From: an uncultured Gemmatimonadaceae bacterium
Lineage (GTDB): Bacteria > Gemmatimonadota > Gemmatimonadetes > Gemmatimonadales > Gemmatimonadaceae
DNA length: 64,000 nt
NCBI GenBank assembly: GCA_963822945.1
Contig: CAWGJO010000021.1
Span: 256,001 to 320,000 of the forward strand
Reading direction: 5' to 3'
Shown: positions 51,167 through 64,000 of the stretch, piece after piece
Layout: every line of letters starts with the position of its first letter
Numbering within the stretch: the first letter of the stretch is position 1
The notes under the pieces: model-generated
Told to the model about the DNA's origin: nothing
Databases searched by the model: none
Seen by the model: the letters and a program-made list of their open reading frames with translations, nothing else
Translations under genes and position numbers: made by a program

Positions 51167-53089
51167 ATGACGTCGAGCAACGACGAATCCCGAGCAGTTG
51201 CCCTCGGGCTCTTGCGCGAGCAATTTCCGACCCCGGACTCGGTAACGGCCGAGATCGCCCAGCCTCGAGGGAGAGCTTCGGCTTCCCAAGCCGACGGTTC
51301 ACGTGCTGAGCGACGTTCACGGCGAGTTCGAGAAGCTCCGGCACGTCATAAACAACGCCTCCGGCTCGCTGCGCCCCTGGTGGAGCAGCACGTTCGCCGA
51401 TCGACTTTCCGCCGAGGATCTTCGAGAGCTTCTTACGCTGGTCTTCTATCCCAGCGAGACATTGGAGCGGATCGAGGCCTCAGCTTCCGGACTCCGCGGC
51501 ACGCGCTCGACGCTTCGAAACCCGACTACGCGAGCTACTGGAGCTGGTAAGCAGGTTGGCTCGGGCACGCCCGTTCGATCACGTCCGGAGCGTATTTCCG
51601 AGCGAGTACCAGAAGTCTGCTGGAGGACCTCGTGTTCGAGCCCTCGCTCCGAATATCGAAAGCAATACGTCGATGGGGTCATCGACGCATTGACCACCCA
51701 AGGCCGCGCGGCACACTTGCTGCGCATCGTGGCGCGCGTTCTGCGTAACCTCAGTGTGGACGAGATCGCCATCGCCGGTGACTGCTACGACCGCGGGCCC
51801 GCGGCGACATGGTGGTCGACTACCTCTCTCAGCAACCCAACGTGCGCATCACCTGGGGAAATCACGACGTCGCTTGGATTGGCGCGGCGTCTCGGCCACC
51901 GCTCGTTGATCGCTCACGTGCTCAGAATCTCACTCAGATACGGGCGCACCGCTCAGCTCGAAGAGGGCTACGGAATAACGCTATTGCCTCTCGAAGCCCT
52001 GGCGGACGAAGTCTACGGGGACGACCCGGCCGAATGCTTTGCGTCCCGGGGAAGCGGATTGCGCCCCGGCGTACCCTGGCGCGAATGCAGAAGGCCGCGG
52101 CGATTTTGCAATTCAAGCTGGAGGGCCGGGTCATCGCGGAATAACCCCGCCTTTCGACATGGATGAGCGCCGCTTGTTGCACCACATGGACCTGGGCGCG
52201 AAGAACGGTGGCGATCGACGGCCGGCGAATGGCGCTCAGGGACACGCATTTCCCGACCCTCGACATGCGCGATCCTTATGCGCTGACCGAGGCCGAATCC
52301 GCCTGCATCGAGCGCATTCGGCGCTCGTTCATGGCCAGCCAGCGCCTGTGGAATCACGTCCGCTTCCTGGTGGACCGAGGCAGCATGTACCTGGTCCGAG
52401 ACCAGCACTTGATCTTCCACGGCTGCGTGCCGGTGAATGACGCCGGTGAGCCGCTCTCCCTGATCGTCGACGGTTCTCCCCGGCGCGGACGCGCTTTGTT
52501 CGAGGCGCTGGAAGCAGTGGTGGCCCGAGCCGTGGAGCACCCGAGCCAGCCCGACCTCGACCTGCTCTTCTACTTGTGGTGCGGCCCCCGTTCGCCCCTG
52601 TTCGGCAAAGACAAGATCACCACCTTCGAACGAGACCTGGTCGCAGACGAAAAGAGCCACGTCGAGCTCAAAAACCCCTACTTCCGCTTGATCAACGAGA
52701 AGGACTTTTGCAGACGCATCCTCGACGATTTCGGCGTGAGCCCCGAGCTTGGGATGATCGTCAACGGTCACGTTCCCGTGAAAGTCGAAGCAGGTGAAAG
52801 CCCACTCAAGCGGAGCGGCATGGCGGTGACGATCGATGGCGCGTTCTCGGAAGCCTACGGTGACCATGGCTATACACTCGTGCTGGACGCCCACGGGACT
52901 CGCTTGGCGTTGCACCATCACTTCGAGTCGGTCGCCCTCGCGGTGGAACAAGGCATCGACATCATTCCCGCGGTTTCGGAGCTCCGGAACTTCGCGCCCC
53001 CTCGCACGCTCGGAGACACGGAGCAGGGCCAGCTCTTTCGAAGCCGAATCGCTCTGTTGGCGAGGCTGTCCGATCGCCACGGCAGCTAG
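51167..53089 (+). CDS. fbp: Fructose-1,6-bisphosphatase class 3 (frameshifts)
   Basis: LSDVHGEF, GDCYDRGP, ITWGNHD, LEEGYGI, IFHGCVP, FGKDKITTFER, NGHVPVK, IDGAFSEAY. Confidence 0.9.
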
Positions 53090-53122
53090 TCGCCGGGCCT
53101 CCACCGTGACACTCTTCGGGAC

Positions 53123-54131
53123 GTGAAGCGTCTACTATTGGTCGGCAACCCGACCGCGCAGAGCGGCAAGAACAGTGAGCGCATCGAGGCGGCTCGCAAG
53201 CTCTTCCGCGAGTGTGGCGTCAAGGCCGAGCTGTTTTCCACGCTGCCCGGTGGCGCCACCATCGCCGCCCTCAGCCAACATCTGGACGAGAGCGGCGACG
53301 GCACCGTGGTCAGCATGGGAGGCGACGGGACATTTCCGCGAGGTGGCGGCGGGGATCCTGGGCTCGCGTCGAGCGGCGGATATCGCCATGGGCATGCTGC
53401 CAACCGGCACTGCCAACGACCAGGGCAAGAGCTTTGGCCTGTCCGCAACGCCGGAGGCGCTGGCGGACAACGTGGACGTCGTGTGCGCCGGCAAGGAAAC
53501 CAAGCTGGATGCCGGCGTTCTGTGCAACGTGGCAGCAGACGGCTCACTCCACGAGCGCACACTGTTCTTCGACTCCGCCGGTTGGGGCCTGTCAGCACGG
53601 GTGCTTTCCGTGCGAAACCAGGATCGGGAAACGGTGGCCGCGCTCGGCCCGCTGAAAGAAATCTACCGGGACCAACTGGTCTACGCGGGGGCGCTGCTCC
53701 GAACATTCCTGGAATCTCAGATCATCAGCGACAAGTTCTCTGCACAGATCACGGTCGACGGCGAGCCTCACTCGTTTTCTGGTCTCACGGATCTCGTGAT
53801 CAAGGGCACCCGCGTCTATGGCGGAGCCTGGGTCTTCGACCAAAGCAGCCGCCACGACGACGGACAGTTCGAGCTGATCGTGTTTCGAGGCAAGCGGGAG
53901 TGGGTCAGCAAGGCCATCGTGGATCTGGACGGCAATCCCATCACGGAGGAGATGCTCAACGAGATCGGCGTCGAGCACTCCAAGCCCATTCGCGGCCGGA
54001 GCTTCGATCTCCGGCTGGCACCCGAAGGCGAGGTAGAGATCTTCGCCCAATTGGACGGCGAGGAGCACGCTCCGAGCCCCCACGTCCGCGTGGATGTGAA
54101 CGCCCGCGCGCTTCGCCTGATCGTTCCTTAG
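53123..54131 (+). CDS. Diacylglycerol kinase family protein (one frameshift)
   Basis: GNPTAQSG, GGDGTF, LPTGTAND, DDGQFE, QLDGE. Confidence 0.88.
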
Positions 54132-54715
54132 TTACAGAGCGAGCTCGCCCAGTGGTTGCTCGCTTCGGTACACGTGAAGCCGACCGCTAGGTAGCAGCAC
54201 TGGATGTCGCCCGGCGTGTTGCAGCTGGTGTTCACCAGGGGCGCGACCGCAGGGCAACATTCGCGGGCCTGCAAGGTCTTCCACACGTACGCCCCACCCG
54301 ATCCCCCCGGGACGCAGCGCATGGGCTTTTCGGGCGCGTGCCCATAGCAGCAGGCCAGCCCCTGCTGAGTGCAACCCGAATCTTCTCCAGGCTTTTCCTG
54401 CGGGCAGCCGGTGGCACCGGCGGCCCCGTCCACGCTGGCGTCGCCGGTCTGCCCCCCGTTGCCTCCCGGCCCACCGCCGGCGCCGGATGCGCCGGCGCCG
54501 CCAGCACCGCCACCACCCGTCGCGCCGGCGCCGCCGGCACCGCCCGTGGCGGTCGTGCCTCCGCTAGCGCCGCCGCCTGCGGCGCCGCCGGTCGCAACGG
54601 CACCCGCCCCCGCCGCGCCACCGGAGTGCGACGAGAACTCGTCACCCGAACCGCAACCGGCCACCCATACCGTCATGGCCCACGCCGAAAGACCTGCGAG
54701 CACCCGCCGCCTCAT
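54128..54715 (-). CDS. Cys-rich lipoprotein
   Basis: WVAGC lipobox, Gly/Ala linker, two CP…P….C…..CCY modules. Confidence 0.7.
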   Translation of the reverse strand: MRRRVLAGLSAWAMTVWVAGCGSGDEFSSHSGGAAGAGAVATGGAAGGGASGGTTATGGAGGAGATGGGGAGGAGASGAGGGPGGNGGQTGDASVDGAAGATGCPQEKPGEDSGCTQQGLACCYGHAPEKPMRCVPGGSGGAYVWKTLQARECCPAVAPLVNTSCNTPGDIQCCYLAVGFTCTEASNHWASSLCN

Positions 54716-54921
54716 GATCGTACAGTCTAACCCAGCCTCTCGGTACGGTCCTACTGGAATGGGGGCGCACGGCATGCGCGGGCGCAATTGCCGCGCGCAG
54801 CTCGTGCGTGGCGAGATGCAACGTTGCGCCCTCCGCTGGCTTTTGACCGCGACCTTCCGTTGCGTACGCCTTTTGCATTCAAAAGGGCGTTTTTCTCGCT
54901 CGTTGAACGGAGGAGCACACC

Positions 54922-56229
54922 ATGTTCGGTCGTCCCAAGCCCGAGGTGCTGATTGCTGGCGCCGGTCCCGTGGGATTGTTTGCCGCCCTATGGCTGGCGA
55001 AGCGCGGGATTCGTATCCGTATCGTCGACGAGGAGTGGCGCGGTTCGACGCACAGCTACGCGCTGGCCCTGCACCCGCGCACCCTCGAGCTCTTGGACGA
55101 GGTCGGCCTCGTCGACCAGGTGCTGGCCGGTGCCCGTCGCATCAACCGCGTCGGGCTGTACGACGGCGCCGAACGTCGAGCCCAGCTCGACTTCTCCACC
55201 CTGCAGACCAAGTTCCCATTCTTGGCGATCATGCCGCAGGCGAGCTTCGAGAAGCTCCTGGAGGAGGCCCTCGGCAAAGAAGGCGTGGAGGTGGAATGGG
55301 CCCATCGCCTCGCCCGCATCACCCCCCAAGACAACGCCGTCGCCGTCACCATCGACACTCTGGAGCACGACTCCCTCGGTTATGCCGTCGCACACACGGA
55401 AACCATCGTGGAGCGTTCCCAGAAGCTGGACGTTCCGTTCGTGATCGGTGCCGATGGTCACGACTCGGTGGTTCGCACTCAGCTTCGGATCAAGTTCGAC
55501 GCCGTCCGTGACGCCGACGAATTCGCAGTTTTCGAGTTCGATGCCGAGGGCGACGTGCCCGACGAGGTCTGCGTCGTGATGGACCAGGGCACCACCAACG
55601 TGCTCTGGCCCATGACCGACAACCGCTACCGCTGGAGCTTCCAGCTCACGGACTTCCGTGCGCCCGGCAACTCGCGGGAAAAGGACCGGCTGCTCATGGT
55701 GGTGGGCAATCGACGCTTCCCGAAGCTGGACCCCGACTACCTGCACAGGATGATCCGCGAGCGCGCACCGTGGTTCACCGCGGAGGTCGACAAGATCCAC
55801 TGGCGCATGGCCGTCAAGTTCGAGCAACGGCTGGCGCGCAGCTTTGGCAGTGATCGCATTTGGCTCGCGGGCGACGCCGCCCACATGACGGGGCCAGTCG
55901 GCGGCCAGAGCATGAACGTTGGACTGCGCGAAGCCGCGCAACTCGCGGAGATCTTGGGCGGCAACCTGCGCGGAAGCTCGTCGAGGGACGCGCTGGCGGC
56001 CTACGGCAGTCAGCGGCAAAACGAGTGGCAGCAACTGCTCGGCGTCGGCGGGCCGCATCTGGCAACCGTAGGCGACGTGTCGCCCTGGATCTCGGATCGC
56101 ATCGACCGCATCGTGCCCTGCATTCCGGCTTCGGGCGTGCATCTCGCTCAGCTCGTCCGGCAGCTGGGCCTGGAACCCAAGGTCGCCCCGCTCGCGTCGG
56201 TTCGCCCGCCGCCCCAGAAGCACGCCTAG
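54922..56229 (+). CDS. FAD-dependent monooxygenase (PheA/TfdB-like)
   Basis: IAGAGPVGL, IGADGHDSVVR, LAGDAAH…P.GGQSMNVG. Confidence 0.9.
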   Translation: MFGRPKPEVLIAGAGPVGLFAALWLAKRGIRIRIVDEEWRGSTHSYALALHPRTLELLDEVGLVDQVLAGARRINRVGLYDGAERRAQLDFSTLQTKFPFLAIMPQASFEKLLEEALGKEGVEVEWAHRLARITPQDNAVAVTIDTLEHDSLGYAVAHTETIVERSQKLDVPFVIGADGHDSVVRTQLRIKFDAVRDADEFAVFEFDAEGDVPDEVCVVMDQGTTNVLWPMTDNRYRWSFQLTDFRAPGNSREKDRLLMVVGNRRFPKLDPDYLHRMIRERAPWFTAEVDKIHWRMAVKFEQRLARSFGSDRIWLAGDAAHMTGPVGGQSMNVGLREAAQLAEILGGNLRGSSSRDALAAYGSQRQNEWQQLLGVGGPHLATVGDVSPWISDRIDRIVPCIPASGVHLAQLVRQLGLEPKVAPLASVRPPPQKHA

Positions 56230-56241
56230 CGGGGTAGCCCG

Positions 56242-58917
<2,676 letters not shown>

Positions 58918-59049
58918 CGACGCCTCGAAAGCGCCATCATCCTTCACTTCCGTTCGCCTTCCCACCGGCTTCTTGTCGGTTCATCGCGAACAGCCCGCGG
59001 GACGTCCTCGAGACTAGCGCGCGATGGACCGACCCCCTGCTGCCGGGGC

Positions 59050-60874
59050 TCAGGCTTCGTGGCTGGAGCGATTGAGACGGCGATCCAGGTCGAAAGCAGC
59101 GCTGATCAACGCCAAATGCGTGAAGGCCTGCGGGAAGTTGCCGAGGTGCTCGCCGGCCGCCCCCAGCTGCTCCGCATACAGTCCGACGTGGTTCGCGTAG
59201 CCCAGCATCTTCTCGAAGTAGAAGCGCGCTTTCGGCCAGATTGCCCGCCCGCGACAGGCACTCCACGTACCAGAAGCTGCAGATGGAGAACGTGCCTTCT
59301 TCCCCGTGCAGGCCGTCGGAGGCCGCTTCGCCCACCCGGTAGCGGTAAACCAGCGAGTCCTCTACCAGGTCACGCCGGATGGCGCGCATGGTGCTGAGCC
59401 AGCGGGGATCCGACGGGCTGATGAAGCGCATCAGCGGCATGGTCAAGCTCGCCGCGTCGAGAGTCTTGCTGCCCATGAACTGGACGAAGGCTCCCAGCTC
59501 GGAGTCGAAGAAGTCACTGTGGATCTGCCGGTGGATCGCGTCACGAGCTTTGAGCCAGCGGTCGAAGGGTGACGGCAAGCGAGCGCTTGTGCGCCAGACG
59601 CATTGCGCGGTCCAGCGCCACCCAGCACATCAGACGCGAGTACAGGAAGTGTTGGCGGCCGCCGCGAACTTCCCAGACGCCCTCGTCGGGCTGGTTCCAG
59701 TTTTCGCACACCCAGTTCACCAGGCGCGTCACGTCTTTCCAGGCGTCGTAGTGGATCGGATCGCCGTACTTGTCGTACAGGTAGATGGAATCCATCAGCT
59801 CGCCGTAGATGTCGAGCTGGAGCTGATCGTACGCCCCGTTTCCGATGCGCACCGGCGACGAGCCACGGTATCCCTCGAAGTGAGTCGAGGCTCTCCTCCG
59901 TCAGGTGCCGGCGACCGTCCAAGCCGTACATGATTTGCAGCGCGCCGCCGTCGGTCAGCTCGCCGGTGCGCTCTTCCAGCCAGCCCATGAAACTGGCGGC
60001 CTCGTCGGTGAATCCCAGGCGCAGCAGAGCGTACAGCGTGAACGAAGCGTCGCGGATCCAGGTGTAGCGGTAGTCCCAGTTGCGCACGCCGCCGATTTCT
60101 TCCGGCAGGCCGAAAGTGGGCGCGGCGACCAGAGAACCGTACTTCTGCGAGGTCATCAGCTTGAGCACGAGACGCGGAGCGGTTGACCATCTCCCGCCAG
60201 CGCCCCTTGTACTGAGAACGACCGATCCAGTTGCGCCAGAAGCTGGAGGTCATCTTGAACGCCTCCGCGACGTAGTCAGGACGCCGCGGACGGCGACGGC
60301 TCGCCGGGCACGACCTCTTCCAGCACCCAAGGCGAAGATTCCGCCGGTCCTCAGCTTGAACTCGGCCACCGCCGCGCCGTTCTCGATGCGCACGGGCACG
60401 GGCGTGCGCAGACGCAGAACCGTCTTGTCCGGGCCTTCGGAGGCGAATATCACCTCCCCCTTCTTGGTTTCGACCTTGTGCGACGCTCGGCCGTAGTCGA
60501 AGCCTGGGATCGCAGACCATGCGGAACGCAACCTCGCCGCGCACCGTCTTGGCGCGCCGAACGAGGTTGTGCGCCCAGCCCACTTCCTCCACAGGCATGA
60601 AGTCGCTGACCTCGGCCACGCCCTCTTCGGAAAGGAAGCGGGAGAGAAGGATGTTGGTGTCCGGCAGGTACATCTGCTTCTGCTTTGCGCCTTCCAGCAC
60701 CGGCGCGAGCTGAAAGCGCCCGCCTTTCTCGCGATCGAGCAGCGCCCCGAACACGGTCGGCGAGTCGAACTCGGGGAAGCACATGAAATCGATCGACCCA
60801 TCCATGCCCACCAGGGCCACGGTGTGCAGATCTCCGATGACGCCGTAGTTCTCGATCGGCTGGTAGCCCTGCAT
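59050..60874 (-). CDS. Glycoside hydrolase family 15 (trehalase/glucoamylase-like; frameshifts)
   Basis: [58 protein letters not shown]. Confidence 0.9.
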
Positions 60875-61153
60875 CGTTCGACTCTCTCCAGGTTGACGGG
60901 ACACTCGCCCCCAAGTGTGAAGGTCGTATGAAATTGGCCGCTTCGTCCACCGTCAATCCGTTGCATCTTGCAGCGGGGGTCCTTGCTGCTCGCGTGCACA
61001 GTGCTCGCCCGCGCGGTCGCGTGTTACCGAGAAGGCGGGGCCCGAACGCGCCGCGCCGGGCCCGGGATGCTCCGTGGAGCACCGCCTGAAGGGGATTCGA
61101 TGTGTCCGAGATGTCGGACGCATGGCTCGCGCAGAAGACACCAAAGGAACGAC

Positions 61154-62605
61154 ATGGGCTCAATCGACAGTTTGGAACCGAGCGTATTCGTAATCTTCGG
61201 CGGCACCGGCGACCTCGCGCGTCGCAAGCTGCTGCCCGCCCTCGCACGTCACTTCGAGCAGGGCACGTTGAAAGGACGGTGCGCGGTCGTAGGCGTCTCG
61301 CCGGACACGTCGGTGACCGACGATTCCTATCGCGACCTGTCTTTGAAAGCGCTGTCGGACGCCGGGCTCGACAAGAGCGCGGTCGAGCTCTTGAACGACA
61401 GCCTCTATTTCCAGAGCATCGGCAAGGGCACGAAGGACGACTACCAGAGCCTGGCCAAGCGGTTGGACGAGATTCGGAAGAAGCACGACCTTCCCCAGAA
61501 CTACGCGTTCTATTTGGCGCTACCACCGGGCGCGGTGCCGGGGGTGGTGGAAGGTCTCGATGGCGCAGGCCTCAGCAAGCCGCAAGGTTGGTCGCGACTG
61601 GTCGTCGAAAAGCCCTTCGGCAGAGATCTCGCGTCGGCCAAGAAGCTCAACGCGCTGCTCCACGAGCATTTCAGAGAAGATCAGATCTACCGCATCGATC
61701 ACTATCTCGGGAAAGAGACGGTGCAAAACTTGTTGGTGTTCCGTTTCGCGAATGCCATTTTCGAATCACTGTGGAACCGTGAGCGCGTTCAAAGCGTGGA
61801 AATCCACGTGGCCGAAGATCTCGGCGTGGGCACCCGCGCCGGCTACTACGACAAGAGCGGCGCCACGCGGGACATGCTGCAAAACCATCTGACCCAGCTG
61901 CTGACGCTGGTCGCGATGGAGGTTCCGACCTCCTTCGAGGCGGACGCGATTCGACACGAAAAGATCAAGGTGCTCAAATCCGTGGCCCCCATCGAATGCG
62001 ACCGCGTAGTTCGAGGCCAGTACGCCGCGGGGCAGGTGGACGGCCGCAATGTGCCCGGCTATCGCGACGAGGCCGGCATCGACGACGATTCGCAGACGGA
62101 TACGTTCGTGGCGCTGGAGGTGTTCGTGAACACCTGGCGCTGGAAGGGAGTACCGTTTTACCTGCGGACCGGCAAACGCATGAAGCGGCGCTCGACGCAG
62201 ATCATCGTGCGCTTCAACGACGTGCCCGTCAGCTTGTTCCAGTCCAAGGGCCTGGCTCTCGACACGGCGGACATCTTGGTGCTCACCCTGCAGCCCGACG
62301 AAGGGTTCAGCCTGCACTTCGACGTCAAGGAGCCCGGCGAGCCCTTCCGACTCAAGCGCATCCCGCTCGCGTTCCGCTACAAGGACGAATTCAAAGACAT
62401 GCCGGAGGCGTACGAGACGTTGCTGCTCGACGTGCTCGAAGGCGACCAGACGCTGTTCGTACACGCCGACGAGGTGGAAGAGTCGTGGCGCGTGTACACA
62501 CCCCTGATCGAAAGCCCGCCGCCTTTGCACCCCTACCCCGCGGGCTGCTGGGGACCGAAGGAAGCCGAACACCTCCGGGTTCCGGAGGGGGATCTGTGGC
62601 GCTGA
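61154..62605 (+). CDS. zwf: Glucose-6-phosphate 1-dehydrogenase
   Basis: GGTGDLARRKL, EKPFG, RIDHYLGKETVQN, WKGVPFYLRTGK. Confidence 0.96.
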   Translation: MGSIDSLEPSVFVIFGGTGDLARRKLLPALARHFEQGTLKGRCAVVGVSPDTSVTDDSYRDLSLKALSDAGLDKSAVELLNDSLYFQSIGKGTKDDYQSLAKRLDEIRKKHDLPQNYAFYLALPPGAVPGVVEGLDGAGLSKPQGWSRLVVEKPFGRDLASAKKLNALLHEHFREDQIYRIDHYLGKETVQNLLVFRFANAIFESLWNRERVQSVEIHVAEDLGVGTRAGYYDKSGATRDMLQNHLTQLLTLVAMEVPTSFEADAIRHEKIKVLKSVAPIECDRVVRGQYAAGQVDGRNVPGYRDEAGIDDDSQTDTFVALEVFVNTWRWKGVPFYLRTGKRMKRRSTQIIVRFNDVPVSLFQSKGLALDTADILVLTLQPDEGFSLHFDVKEPGEPFRLKRIPLAFRYKDEFKDMPEAYETLLLDVLEGDQTLFVHADEVEESWRVYTPLIESPPPLHPYPAGCWGPKEAEHLRVPEGDLWR

Positions 62606-63336
62606 GCGCCGATGCTACGCCCACCGTGCGCCTCGAGGCCGACGGGGAAGCCGTGGCGCGGGCAGCTCTAGAGCACGTGATCGAAGCCGCCACCGCCGCC
62701 GCGCAGGAGCGCGGCACGTTCCGTATCGCGCTGGCCGGCGGCAGCACTCCGCGACGACTGTACCAGTTGCTCGCCTCGCCGGAAGCATCGGGCCGCATCG
62801 ATTGGAGCCGCTGGCAGATCTTCTTCGGCGACGAGCGAGCCGTGCCTCCGGATCACGAGAAGAGCAACTACCGAATGGCTCGCGAGGCGTTCCTCGACAA
62901 CGTGCCCATCGCCGCCGACAACGTTCATCGCATCCACGGCGAGCTGCCTCGCGAACAAGCGGCTCGCGCCTATGCCGAAACGCTCGGCACCGAGCCGCTG
63001 GACCTGGTGCTCCTGGGCATGGGTGACGACGGACACACCGCCAGCTTGTTCCCCGGCTCGCCCGCGCTGGAGGAAAAGGAGCGCGCCGTTGTCACCAGCG
63101 AGAGCCCGGTACCACCGCGGGAGCGCGTATCCCTCTCGCTGCCGACCATCGATGCCGCGCGTGCGGTGCTCTTCCTGGTCACCGGTGCGGGCAAGGCGGA
63201 CCGCCTCGCCCAAATGTTGGGCGAACGAAAGAGCGGCGCGCCGAAGCTCCCCTCGGCCCGCATCGCCCCCAAGAGCGGGGAGCTTTTTCTGTACGTGGAC
63301 GAAGCTGCCGCACGACACATGGAGCAGACCTCATGA
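62596..63336 (+). CDS. pgl: 6-phosphogluconolactonase
   Basis: [35 protein letters not shown]. Confidence 0.94.
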   Translation: MALSADATPTVRLEADGEAVARAALEHVIEAATAAAQERGTFRIALAGGSTPRRLYQLLASPEASGRIDWSRWQIFFGDERAVPPDHEKSNYRMAREAFLDNVPIAADNVHRIHGELPREQAARAYAETLGTEPLDLVLLGMGDDGHTASLFPGSPALEEKERAVVTSESPVPPRERVSLSLPTIDAARAVLFLVTGAGKADRLAQMLGERKSGAPKLPSARIAPKSGELFLYVDEAAARHMEQTS

Positions 63337-64000
63337 GCCTCACCCAGTCTCCCGCCTACAAGGCCCTCGAAGCCCACTATCGCGACGTATCCGCTCTCGA
63401 GCTGCGCGCGCTGTTCAGCAAGAACCCCAAGCGTTTCGAGGAGATGTCTCTGGAGCACGAGGGCGTTTTCTTCGACTACTCCAAGCACCGCGTCACCGCG
63501 GAAACTCTCCGCCTGCTGGTCGACCTCGCCGAGCAGGCCGAGCTGAGCGCGTTCATCGAACGCATGTTCAAGGGTGACAAAATCAACGTCACCGAAGGCC
63601 GCGCAGTGCTGCACACGGCGCTCCGCAATCGCTCGAACACCCCGGTGTTGGTGGACGGCAAGGACGTGATGCCGGACGTGAACGCGGTGCTCACCAAGAT
63701 GCGCCGCTTCACCGAGTCGCTGCACTCGGGCACTTGGCGCGGCCACACAGGCAAGGCCATCACGGACATCGTCAACATCGGCATCGGCGGCTCGGATCTC
63801 GGACCGTTGATGGTCTCCGAGGCGCTGCGTCCGTATTGGAAGCCGGGTATGCGCGCACACTTCGTCTCCAACGTGGATGGCACCCATCTGGCCGAAACGT
63901 TGAAGACCGTCAGCCCGGAAACGACGCTGTTCACGGTAGCGAGCAAAACCTTCACGACACAGGAGACGCTCACCAACGCCAAGTCCGCGCGCAAGTGGCT
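63333..64000 (+). CDS. pgi: Glucose-6-phosphate isomerase (runs off the window end)
   Basis: [49 protein letters not shown]. Confidence 0.96.
   Translation, partial: MSLTQSPAYKALEAHYRDVSALELRALFSKNPKRFEEMSLEHEGVFFDYSKHRVTAETLRLLVDLAEQAELSAFIERMFKGDKINVTEGRAVLHTALRNRSNTPVLVDGKDVMPDVNAVLTKMRRFTESLHSGTWRGHTGKAITDIVNIGIGGSDLGPLMVSEALRPYWKPGMRAHFVSNVDGTHLAETLKTVSPETTLFTVASKTFTTQETLTNAKSARKW

Overview
High-GC bacterial DNA whose gene content points to a myxobacterium, probably Polyangiales-like. The clues are a MYXO-CTERM-type protein, many Gly/Cys-rich lipoproteins and a pilMNOPQ operon; the taxonomy is inference. Many housekeeping genes (xdhA/B, wzt, cdsA, rtcB, thrS, pilM, pilQ, fbp, GH15, GH63) carry single-base frameshifts. 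These look like long-read indel errors, so those genes are reported as joined CDSs. In order, the window holds: xanthine dehydrogenase; two lipoproteins; a Wzm/Wzt glycan cluster with a B12 radical SAM enzyme, a methyltransferase and a prenyltransferase-fold gene; a beta-barrel plus 13-heme cytochrome operon; gdhA and cdsA; archease-rtcB; two overlapping LuxR genes; fetAB; a short ThrRS behind a Thr-rich leader-peptide attenuator; a SpoIID/somatomedin-B-like lipoprotein; pilMNOPQ; class 3 FBPase; GH63 and GH15; and zwf-pgl-pgi. The most striking observation is a 1591-bp element (38521-40111) with ISL3-like 25-bp terminal inverted repeats. It encodes no DDE transposase, only a DUF222-like/HNH nuclease. 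A second, 5'-truncated copy lies at 14432-14976. In both copies an element end abuts a short REP-like repeat in the same 8-nt register, and an apparently empty copy of that site is at 5971.
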